Shown in pieces: positions 41,560-50,100 of a stretch of 64,000 nucleotides of DNA (position 1 is the first letter of the stretch; the number at the start of each line of letters is the position of its first letter). The notes beneath the pieces are model-generated. The model ran no database searches. It was not told where the DNA came from and worked only from the letters and a program-made list of their open reading frames with translations. The position numbers and the translations under genes are program-made. Origin of the DNA: an uncultured Lachnospiraceae bacterium (lineage in GTDB: Bacteria > Bacillota > Clostridia > Lachnospirales > Lachnospiraceae); assembly GCA_949472775.1 (NCBI GenBank), contig CASWVG010000010.1, forward strand, positions 4,185 to 68,184, written 5' to 3'.

Positions 41560-42081
41560 TTAGTCATTATGAACATTCAATAAATGCTTATAAATTTTAT
41601 ATGCCCTTTCCAGATCCGCAGACACCTTCGTTTTTACGACAACACCGCAGACAGCCATCGCCGTCCCCACCGCAAGCCCCATGAATGCAATAATCCCGGC
41701 AGCCAGCGAACCATGTCCCCATAACGACAGCGCCACCCGTAGCGGTGTACTGCCATTCTGAAAGACCAGTACGCCTGCCGCGCCTCCTGCTCTCCGGGAT
41801 ATCTTTACGAGCGGTTGCGCTGCGACATATGTGATAATATCCATGACCACGCCTGCAGGCAGACCAATTATCACGCCCTTTTTCACCAAAGGCATGATCG
41901 GTATCAATCCCAACGCCTCTTTACTCCATTTTTCTTCTGTCCCGCCATCTTTCATCCACTGCTGCATCCTTTGATCAAAGTGGCAGATCATTCTCTGGTC
42001 CGACACTGCCCCGATGATCTGCCTGAGGCCAAACATCCATGCCAGAATGCCCATCCCCATTGGAAATAACAGTATAAACAT
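41560..42081 (-). CDS. Gly/Ala-rich membrane protein
   Basis: 173 aa with several hydrophobic segments. Confidence 0.65.
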   Translation of the reverse strand: MFILLFPMGMGILAWMFGLRQIIGAVSDQRMICHFDQRMQQWMKDGGTEEKWSKEALGLIPIMPLVKKGVIIGLPAGVVMDIITYVAAQPLVKISRRAGGAAGVLVFQNGSTPLRVALSLWGHGSLAAGIIAFMGLAVGTAMAVCGVVVKTKVSADLERAYKIYKHLLNVHND

Positions 42082-42131
42082 TGTATGGCTCCTCCCTCAT
42101 CCGCTTACTGCGCATTTTTCGTATCGGCCAC

Positions 42132-43154
42132 TCATATCAGCCCGACCAATCCGGCGCTTAATACATCCGCCACCTCGTCCAGCGCCGACTGATACAGTTT
42201 CCTCACCTGCTCGTCCATCTGCCCGCAGGCCGACTCATAGCATTCCCTTATCATATCGTTCAGACTACAAACCGCATCCTCTATCTTGTAGCAGTAGCTT
42301 TCGTCATCTTCCTCATAATCACACTGGTCAAAATATGCCCATACATCCCAATATTTTTCCACTGGCCGGTCAAACACGTCTTTACATATTTCATCCAGCT
42401 TTTCTTCCAGTTTCATGGACTCGTACTGCTTTGTGCCTGCGTCCACGATCTCATTCCGCATCTCCTCTGCCCAGACCCTCGCCTCACCTTCACAGTACAG
42501 GGACACATAGTCATCATAGGATGCCGTAAAGTCTTCTAAAAATAGCCGGATATCCTCCGCCACACACCTTAAAAACTGCCTTCCACCTGCCGCTGCCTTT
42601 CTTTTCCCTTCCTCATAACAGTCCCGCATATCAGTAACCGCTTGCGTCAAAGCATCCCTGCACGACACCTTTGCCTGGGACAGCCGTCCGTAATCATAAT
42701 CACCGCTCCCATAATCGGAAGCATCCAATTCAGGAAGCTCCTCACATTCCGCAAAAGTCTCTTCTTCCTCATATTTTTCCGAAGCCTTCTCCAGAAAATC
42801 ACTAAGACAGTCGTGCATCTCATAGGCAAAATCTTTTATCTGTAGATGGTACTCCTCTGAATAACGATTATCACTCATACGGTCTCCGGCCACCTTTTCG
42901 ACAGCTTCACGGAATGCGTCCGTCCTTTTTCTGTTAACGCTTGCTCTCCCTATATCGCGTATGATCTTTCCCGGAGCCGATACAGTCGAACCATACCCGG
43001 ATTCCAATATTGGTTTATTAATATTCTTCATAATCTCCCGATAGGACCTCTCTGCCTCTGGAACAAGAGCTGTGTTGATCTTCACTGCCTCCACAGGACC
43101 ATACTCTAATATGTCTCCAACCGTTTCCAGACATCTGATAATCCCTAATAACAT
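42132..43154 (-). CDS. Acidic helical hypothetical protein (paralog of 54245-55240)
   Basis: 340 aa; shares DYGSGDY..RLS.AK..C..AL and YF..C.Y...YCY with the paralog. Confidence 0.8.
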   Translation of the reverse strand: MLLGIIRCLETVGDILEYGPVEAVKINTALVPEAERSYREIMKNINKPILESGYGSTVSAPGKIIRDIGRASVNRKRTDAFREAVEKVAGDRMSDNRYSEEYHLQIKDFAYEMHDCLSDFLEKASEKYEEEETFAECEELPELDASDYGSGDYDYGRLSQAKVSCRDALTQAVTDMRDCYEEGKRKAAAGGRQFLRCVAEDIRLFLEDFTASYDDYVSLYCEGEARVWAEEMRNEIVDAGTKQYESMKLEEKLDEICKDVFDRPVEKYWDVWAYFDQCDYEEDDESYCYKIEDAVCSLNDMIRECYESACGQMDEQVRKLYQSALDEVADVLSAGLVGLI

Positions 43155-43225
43155 AGCTTTATCCTCCTACTCGTTTGTTCATGTTGCAATTACACCTGTT
43201 TATAAATTTCGTTGACGATAAAATC

Positions 43226-43257
43226 AGTATAAAAAACAGCTATGACAGATTATGTCA
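43226..43257 (-). promoter_or_regulatory. TGACA-N5-TGTCA box 11 bp upstream of a TATACT -10 element
   Basis: Palindrome at 43243-43257; minus-strand TATACT at 43226-43231. Confidence 0.6.
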
Positions 43258-43363
43258 CTATTAGAGAAAATTTATAAATAGACAAAAAAAATCCCAGAGC
43301 ATACCTCCGGGATTCCCCATATTTATCGTTTCTTCCACTTTCACATCTCTGTCCTATTCTAAA

Positions 43364-44380
43364 TTAATTGTACAGTTCTACGATCTCCTGTGCCTTTTTT
43401 TTCATCTCCCGCCGCAGACTTTCCGGGCGAAGCACTTCTATCCGGCTCCCCTGGCTTAACAGCCACATTAAAATGCCATTTCCGTATACCTCCGCGCTGA
43501 TCGTACACACATGCTCACCCTGTTCTATAATCTGCGCCGTTGGAAGCCGGTCTAATACCGGCTCCGGGTTTTCCCCATAATATTTCAATTGAATCCGCAT
43601 CAGTTCTCCGGCATACATAAACTGAATCCGTTTGCGAAATTCCCCTTCCTCAAACCTATTCACATAAGCCACCCGAAATTTTTCCCCCGTCTCCCTGTAG
43701 GACTGGATCCGGTCTATGCGGAAGATTGCGGGATAGTCGTACTTATGAGACCACGTCCCATCTTCGTTTCGTTCCACAATAAAAGCATTCAGATAAAAAT
43801 AGTACTCCGAGAAAAGCACCGCCATTGGCTCAATCAGACGTTTCACCATTTCCTTCATGTGCTCCGCTTTGGTATAAGTAATCTCCACCAGATTATGCTC
43901 CTGAATGTCCGTCCCAAGCTCCCAGAGTTTATCCTGAATATGGCTCTTATGATGCAATTCTACATAGTGATATTTCTCGTTGGAGAGCAGCTCACTGACC
44001 AGCCGCATATTCCGCAAAGGCACGCAACCGTCCACCAGCTTTTTTAAGATACTGCTGATCTCCTTTTTCGTGAAGGCCCGACTCGCCAGCAGAATCTTGC
44101 TCACGGCAAGAATTTCACTGTTTGTCATCATGGAAGTCTCCGCCCCCGTCATAACGAAGCCCTTCTGTCTGTAATCATACTCGATCAGACGGTTGTCAGC
44201 GGCTTTGTCGGACTGCCTGTCTGCAAGGAAAGCACGGATATCATCAATGTCCCGCTGAATGGAGCGCTCGTCCACGCCGAAACGCTGTGCCTCCTGGGGT
44301 TTGCTGATGATATGTCCTTCGGTGAGGCGGGTATAGATATCTAGGATGCGGTTGTTTTTAGATGATTTTGCTTCTGTCAT
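43364..44380 (-). CDS. WYL-domain transcriptional regulator
   Basis: N-terminal wHTH (FGVDERSIQRDI), YYFYL...FRIDRI WYL domain, WLLSQG...EVLRP WCX domain. Confidence 0.92.
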   Translation of the reverse strand: MTEAKSSKNNRILDIYTRLTEGHIISKPQEAQRFGVDERSIQRDIDDIRAFLADRQSDKAADNRLIEYDYRQKGFVMTGAETSMMTNSEILAVSKILLASRAFTKKEISSILKKLVDGCVPLRNMRLVSELLSNEKYHYVELHHKSHIQDKLWELGTDIQEHNLVEITYTKAEHMKEMVKRLIEPMAVLFSEYYFYLNAFIVERNEDGTWSHKYDYPAIFRIDRIQSYRETGEKFRVAYVNRFEEGEFRKRIQFMYAGELMRIQLKYYGENPEPVLDRLPTAQIIEQGEHVCTISAEVYGNGILMWLLSQGSRIEVLRPESLRREMKKKAQEIVELYN

Positions 44381-44405
44381 AAAAACGGCTCCTTAAACCC
44401 CTATT

Positions 44406-44786
44406 TTATATCGATAAGTATTTTTCCTTCCAGCTTTTCTCATAAGAAATCACATCGTCTGAACAATCTTCATAATCAAAATCCGTTTTCATTGCTCCGT
44501 TCTCTTCTACAATCATCGTAAACGACAACCATTTATGTTTATCATCCAGCTTTTCTCTCTCTTTTGAAAGCACTTTATCAATATCCATAAACACTTTCAC
44601 TAATTGTCCCTTTGAAACACCTTGCAGATGAAAGCAATCTGTATACTCACCCTTTTCATCTTGAATATAAAACTTCATGCTATAGCTGCCCTCTGTATAT
44701 CCGGCAAAATAAATCACCTTCTTCCAAGCCTCTGGTAAATAATACTGAAGTCTGTCAAAAATATTCTGAAATATCTTATCATTCAT
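44406..44786 (-). CDS. YezG/DUF600-like immunity protein
   Basis: LPEAWKKV, W...TM......G.MKTDFDY pattern; 2 bp downstream of the nuclease gene. Confidence 0.82.
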   Translation of the reverse strand: MNDKIFQNIFDRLQYYLPEAWKKVIYFAGYTEGSYSMKFYIQDEKGEYTDCFHLQGVSKGQLVKVFMDIDKVLSKEREKLDDKHKWLSFTMIVEENGAMKTDFDYEDCSDDVISYEKSWKEKYLSI

Positions 44787-44788
44787 AT

Positions 44789-45499
44789 TTATGCCTCCTC
44801 TCCATTTGGAAAAATTCTAACACTTTCCTCACCATCAATGCTGTATGTAACTACAATAGCTGAAGGCCTTCTGGAACCATCCTCATAGACAGGTTCCACC
44901 TTATACTCAACTACTTTTCCATCCTTTACTTCTCTAGCAAGCGAATTCTCAAAATTCTTAAAATCATTTCTGTTTACTTGAGCATTTTGCGGAATCATAT
45001 TTTCCATTCCATTAGAGCCATCAAACTGATCACCTATCAGATGCCCTCTGTCATCGCCTTCCCGTTCATCACCTTTCCCAATGTCCTCAATCGAATCCCT
45101 TATTTGCAGCCTGCCCTCACGGTCTTTCAAATGCAAGGTTCCTTCTGCCGAAATAATATTGCCATTCTCACCAGTCTTATACTGATATCCATTAATTTCA
45201 TATTCATTGTTAGGCGTCAGCTCGTTACCTAAACGATACAGCTTCCCGTTATCATCATAATAACATATTTCCCGAGTCTCCGGTTCCTCCGGTCCTATAT
45301 TTTCTCCTCCGTCAAAAATTCCAGAACCAGTGTCATCCTTCTCAATTGTAAATTCCTCTTTTTTGAATAAATTATCCCAAAAATCCTGCGCCTCCTGAAA
45401 TGAAGTTCCTTCTTCCGGTTTAATCTGCTTAAACTCATTGGTATCTTCCATCTTTTTAATATCTGTAATTTCTTTTGGCGAACCAATCTCCGACATCAA
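44789..45499 (-). CDS. DNA/RNA non-specific endonuclease toxin (YeeF/EsaD-like nuclease domain) with a short acidic leader
   Basis: LTPNNEYEINGYQYKT, DDRGHLIGDQFDGS...NMIPQ..QVN motif; no LXG or WXG100 domain. Confidence 0.88.
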   Translation of the reverse strand: MMSEIGSPKEITDIKKMEDTNEFKQIKPEEGTSFQEAQDFWDNLFKKEEFTIEKDDTGSGIFDGGENIGPEEPETREICYYDDNGKLYRLGNELTPNNEYEINGYQYKTGENGNIISAEGTLHLKDREGRLQIRDSIEDIGKGDEREGDDRGHLIGDQFDGSNGMENMIPQNAQVNRNDFKNFENSLAREVKDGKVVEYKVEPVYEDGSRRPSAIVVTYSIDGEESVRIFPNGEEA

Positions 45500-48400
45500 A
45501 GCAGCCTCCCTTCCCGTCTGTAAATTTCTGTAAACCTACAAAACAATTCTTGATAATCCACATTCCTTAATGCCTGCTCATTTACAATCATCCCTAGCAG
45601 AAGATTAATCTGCTGCTGGCTATAACCTCTGACATCCGGCTGTAAAGCATCTACCACCGCATTTGCCCATTCCCGGATGTCACTATATTTTCTCGACTGG
45701 TCTATCGCCTCGCCTGCGTGAAGGAAATCATATATAAGCGTTCTCAGAGATTTAAGGACCATTCCGCCTTCCGCTTTCAGATATTCAATAAATTCACATT
45801 TAATCGAAGATGAAAGACGAGATCTTAATATATCATACCTCAATCTTTGAATCTCTTTCCCATCTCCTCTCCTATATATTTCCTTACTCATGATACATTC
45901 CAGAAGTGACTGTTGCACTTTGTCATTATCAACAGCCACAGTAACAAATTCTTCTTTAGAATCCAAAAATTGAAATGCATCACTGTCGTCAAACTTATTA
46001 ACCTTACAAAGAACCGGCTCAATCCAGTCATTTTGATAAATCGCAGCAACCCCTTTTTCCAGCTTCGCAAGCTCTACTATCTGGCTGTCACTTAAGCTCG
46101 CTGCTTTTCCAACAAGCTCTCTGTCTGAATAATCCGGCAGTCTTAAAATAATTTTTGTATTAGTATTTCTGATCACGGACATATCAAGCAGGCCTGGCGC
46201 CTGATCCGCTATTACAAATCCTTCTCCATAAGTTCTCATCTCAGCTATTGAGTTAGCCAGCATCTCTACTGACTTTCCAAGCATATTGGCTCCCTCGCCA
46301 GATTGCTCCGTGGGTGTTCTTTTCAAAAGATTATGCGCTTCTTCCAAAACAGTAATATGCTTTAAATCATCATTCGCATTTGCCCCGGCGCTCCTCTGCT
46401 CCATTCGATATTCCTGAAGCTTCAGGACGAGCAAACCCATAATCAGAGATTTCGTTTCCGAAGATCCCACCCTGCTTAAGTCAACAATGGCATTCCGGTC
46501 AAACAATTCTTGATCGCTGATATCATCCGCACTGAAAATCAGCCCGTTTATTCCGTTCGTCAATGAGCGCAGTCTCGTCACCAAAGATCCGACATAATCT
46601 CCCTTATTATCTTCAGAATAATCGCTCTCATTTAAGACAGTCTTAATTTGAGTGACTATGTCGCGAAAGGTGGGAAAAAGAGCCGCATCATATTTGTTTG
46701 TTGATTTCTCCAAATTCCATCCGCACGCTGTATATGCCCGTTCAACGGAATCCTTTAAAATAGCGGGCATGGCTGCGTACATCGGCCAGCAGACATTAAA
46801 AATTTCAATCAATCGATCCAAATGCTCCAGTATATGCGTATGCTCTGGAAATCTAAATGGATTAAGCCGAAGCATCTGCATATCCTTCATGTTCGGATTC
46901 GTACCAAACACCTTGACGTCACGATAAATCCCCAATGCTGCTTTATATTCTCCCTTGGCAGGCTCAACGACAAGGAAGGCTACTCCCTCTTTTCGCAATC
47001 CAGCCAGCATTTGATAAATGGTATTTGATTTACCGGAGCCTGTAGAACCAGTAACAAAAGTATGCATAGCCAGACTGTTCACATCAAGCGACATAGGCAC
47101 ATTTGTCACCTGCCCAAAATTATAGATATGTCCCAGCCATATTCCTCTGCCTTCAGAAATATTTCTTGTAATTACTTCCGGTGCGAATTGTGCATGTTCC
47201 ACTACGGCAAGACCCCTGACAGAATGTCTGGGCAGCCCCATATGGATAGCCAGCTCCTTTGTGCTCACCAATACAGATGGATTGACTGAAACATACCGCT
47301 CTTCATCATAGCTGAATCCTCGATAAAGGAACTGCGGATGCAGAAAATATCTGATATAGGATACTACATTTTTCACCAACTCCTCATTCGTCCAGGAATT
47401 GACCGCACTTCGCTCAATACCGCTGTCTGTGCCTGCTATGACAGATTTATATGTATTAGCAGCCGTCTCCGCCTCCGCCGCCGTTTCTCCGAGAAAGTAG
47501 GAAGCAAAATTCCACATACCAAAACTCTCACACTCTTCTAACCTTTCCAAATGCTTTGCAATCCTCTGCAGAGTCAAATTCAATGTCATATTCTTTGCAT
47601 TCAGCGTAACTGCCTTTGAGGTACCGAAAGTCTCCGTCATTGTCGTTGTATTCACCAGATTAAAGGCTTCACCTGAAGTATGGGAAGTACTCTCATTACT
47701 ACCCATTCCCATGCTTACGGAACTCCCCGCCGAGACACTCTCACTTTCATTTGTTCCCCACGTATTACTGTCACCATGACTGTGCCCCCGTGCATCACTA
47801 AAGCCATGGGACAACGTTTTAGATACAGAATCAGAAACCGATTCTGTATGGCCTGTCGTATCGGAACTGGAATGACTGTAACCGGCATTTACATTAAGCA
47901 GATCAAAAACTCCCCCCGATCCCCCTGCATAAACCGTATTTGTCCCCGTGTGGCTGGTACTTTCGGATGTTCCTTTCGTATGTGTCCTGCCATCCGCAAC
48001 TGAATCAGATACTGTGTGTGTTCTCGAATCCGTATCCGTTGTTCCCCTTGTTCGACTCGCCCCCACCGTTGTCGTACTAGAATCCGTTTTTGTATCTGTA
48101 CGCGTCTCGGAAGTACCTCTGGTTTCCGTTCTCGAGGTATTTCTCGTTGTCCCCTCACTGTTCCCGACAGAAGCGCTCCCACTGTCCGAAACCGAAAAAT
48201 TCATCTGCATATTGGCAAAAGGAGAAATCTGCGTATAAATCTCTTCATACTCCCGTTTTCTCCGCATCAGTTCCCCTTGTCCGACACTGTCCGCAATGAA
48301 CACCGCCGTATAACTCTTTCCCTGCATGGCATACACAAACTTTTCCAGACCCTGAATATAGCTTTTATTAGATACTCCATCTTCTTCCTGCTTATAATCC

Positions 48401-49035
48401 GCAATGCAGGTTACACTGGAAACGCATCCTACCTTCAATGCCTCCATATCTTTCTTCATTTCCTCGTCATAGTAATCCGCAATACAACTCCCAGGGAAAA
48501 ATCCCAAAAGGGTCTGTTTAAGCATCTGAAACAGCGTACCTGCCGAGTTTGGACCGACAGGTCTGGCTCCCAAATAAAAATCTGTCTTCTCACCATCGCT
48601 TTTCAGCATTAAGACAAGAGTACATGGTCTGTTAGACAAAGCATGAAAAACCATGGCAAGCTTATCCACAGAAAATTCATCTTCCTGAAATACCAGCTCT
48701 GATATCCTAAAAAAATGAATATCATTGATTTCCTGTCCCAGATATGTCTCTGGTGGGATCACGGGAAGATGATCAAGCTTTGTCACATAACCTTTCATCA
48801 CCTCATCATCAATAATATTAAGGCAATGTCCGAGATTGCCCTGCAAAATATCCAGATTCAGCATACTAGGAACCGGTTCTGCGTAAGGCTTGATTTCCGC
48901 CATCGGTTTGGCCGCAGGTCTTTCCAAGGAAGGTAAATCATTTCCGTTTACTTCCTTCTTTTCATAAACATCCTCAAATCTCATAAACCTTATCCTTTTT
49001 TCCATAATGTATCCAGTCATCTTCTGATCTCGCAC
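45496..49035 (-). CDS. HerA/FtsK-like (DUF87) ATPase with a long Ser/Thr-rich insert
   Basis: HTFVTGSTGSGKS, VEPAKGEY, VLEEAHNLL, EMRTYGEG...DQAP. Start may be 49020, 49005 or 48984. Confidence 0.9.
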   Translation of the reverse strand: MRDQKMTGYIMEKRIRFMRFEDVYEKKEVNGNDLPSLERPAAKPMAEIKPYAEPVPSMLNLDILQGNLGHCLNIIDDEVMKGYVTKLDHLPVIPPETYLGQEINDIHFFRISELVFQEDEFSVDKLAMVFHALSNRPCTLVLMLKSDGEKTDFYLGARPVGPNSAGTLFQMLKQTLLGFFPGSCIADYYDEEMKKDMEALKVGCVSSVTCIADYKQEEDGVSNKSYIQGLEKFVYAMQGKSYTAVFIADSVGQGELMRRKREYEEIYTQISPFANMQMNFSVSDSGSASVGNSEGTTRNTSRTETRGTSETRTDTKTDSSTTTVGASRTRGTTDTDSRTHTVSDSVADGRTHTKGTSESTSHTGTNTVYAGGSGGVFDLLNVNAGYSHSSSDTTGHTESVSDSVSKTLSHGFSDARGHSHGDSNTWGTNESESVSAGSSVSMGMGSNESTSHTSGEAFNLVNTTTMTETFGTSKAVTLNAKNMTLNLTLQRIAKHLERLEECESFGMWNFASYFLGETAAEAETAANTYKSVIAGTDSGIERSAVNSWTNEELVKNVVSYIRYFLHPQFLYRGFSYDEERYVSVNPSVLVSTKELAIHMGLPRHSVRGLAVVEHAQFAPEVITRNISEGRGIWLGHIYNFGQVTNVPMSLDVNSLAMHTFVTGSTGSGKSNTIYQMLAGLRKEGVAFLVVEPAKGEYKAALGIYRDVKVFGTNPNMKDMQMLRLNPFRFPEHTHILEHLDRLIEIFNVCWPMYAAMPAILKDSVERAYTACGWNLEKSTNKYDAALFPTFRDIVTQIKTVLNESDYSEDNKGDYVGSLVTRLRSLTNGINGLIFSADDISDQELFDRNAIVDLSRVGSSETKSLIMGLLVLKLQEYRMEQRSAGANANDDLKHITVLEEAHNLLKRTPTEQSGEGANMLGKSVEMLANSIAEMRTYGEGFVIADQAPGLLDMSVIRNTNTKIILRLPDYSDRELVGKAASLSDSQIVELAKLEKGVAAIYQNDWIEPVLCKVNKFDDSDAFQFLDSKEEFVTVAVDNDKVQQSLLECIMSKEIYRRGDGKEIQRLRYDILRSRLSSSIKCEFIEYLKAEGGMVLKSLRTLIYDFLHAGEAIDQSRKYSDIREWANAVVDALQPDVRGYSQQQINLLLGMIVNEQALRNVDYQELFCRFTEIYRREGRLL

Positions 49036-49399
49036 GCATCACACGTATAGTCGAACCCAAAAGCTCCGCTTTCTCTTTTCTTATGATTTTATAATATCCT
49101 GTTGGCTTGTTATGTGCATTTTGTTGTTGTAAAACATAATACCCATAAGTATCCCCATCTACACATAAATGCCAATTTTCACTAAGATCCTCAATCCTCC
49201 TTTTCTTTCTTTCATCCGATATCCTTATATATAATCGTTCTCCTTTTTTCTGACCATCACGAAATTTTGTCATTCTCAAATATTTTCCCTGCGCAGAAAT
49301 CTCAATTTTTGTTTTATCTGTACAGTAAATCGTTGTAAAGCCAGCTCCGGAAACCAGCCGGCGCCTTTCCGAAACAATAGAACTTCTCCGGGATTGCAT
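48974..49399 (-). CDS. Small basic hypothetical protein
   Basis: Likely start MQSRR at 49399, coupled (TGATG) to the upstream stop. Confidence 0.6.
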   Translation of the reverse strand: MQSRRSSIVSERRRLVSGAGFTTIYCTDKTKIEISAQGKYLRMTKFRDGQKKGERLYIRISDERKKRRIEDLSENWHLCVDGDTYGYYVLQQQNAHNKPTGYYKIIRKEKAELLGSTIRVMRARSEDDWIHYGKKDKVYEI

Positions 49400-50100
49400 C
49401 AGCGCAGCATCAAAACGATAAGGATTACCACCATCACTGCGATTGCCAATACAATCCCCAGCCATTTTTTTGAGCCGCTTCCCTCCGCTCTGTTTCTTGC
49501 GTTATTGTTTTCAGCCGCCCTTCTAGCCGCCTCGATCCGCTCTTGCTGTGCTCTTTGCTCTGCTTCACGGCGGCGGTTTTCCTCCGCCAATTCCCGTCTT
49601 CGTTCCGCCAGTCTCCGCTCCTCCATTTCATTTTTGGACACTGCCCCGGAGCCCTCCCTGATTACTACATTCGATCGGACATTTCCCTGTATCGGTCTTG
49701 CATTCTTACCTTGTGCCTCCGTCTCCGTTCTTCTGACCGCCTCAGCCGACGCCCTTCCCCTCTCTTTCATCAACCGCTCGATTTTTGCGGCATAAACCAC
49801 TTTTGCCACTTGAATCATATGTGCATATCTTTTCTCTGAAAAATTCTTCATCAAGTCTGTTTTTAACCGTTCCCAATATCCGGCATTCCATCCTGCTTCA
49901 TTCTGGTTCAGTCCGCTTAATTCCTGATGCGTATCAAATAATCCGCCTATTTTCTTGCAGTATTCGTAATCCTCCCGGTATTTATCAAAGGTAGGATCGA
50001 CATCAAGGGCATCCATAAAAATATACCGAAGCCCCTTTATGTCCTGTTTTTCAGCACATTTTCTGATCTCTGGCAGCATCGTTTCACCCTCCTTCATCAT
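49399..50100 (-). CDS. Coiled-coil protein with a C-terminal membrane anchor
   Basis: Charged helical region followed by KKWLGIVLAIAVMVVILIVLMLR. Confidence 0.8.
   Translation of the reverse strand: MMKEGETMLPEIRKCAEKQDIKGLRYIFMDALDVDPTFDKYREDYEYCKKIGGLFDTHQELSGLNQNEAGWNAGYWERLKTDLMKNFSEKRYAHMIQVAKVVYAAKIERLMKERGRASAEAVRRTETEAQGKNARPIQGNVRSNVVIREGSGAVSKNEMEERRLAERRRELAEENRRREAEQRAQQERIEAARRAAENNNARNRAEGSGSKKWLGIVLAIAVMVVILIVLMLR

Noticed and set aside
44789-45499. Classical T7SS LXG effector
   Set aside because: No LXG/WXG100 domain and no ess/esx genes in the window, although a distant T7SS cannot be excluded.
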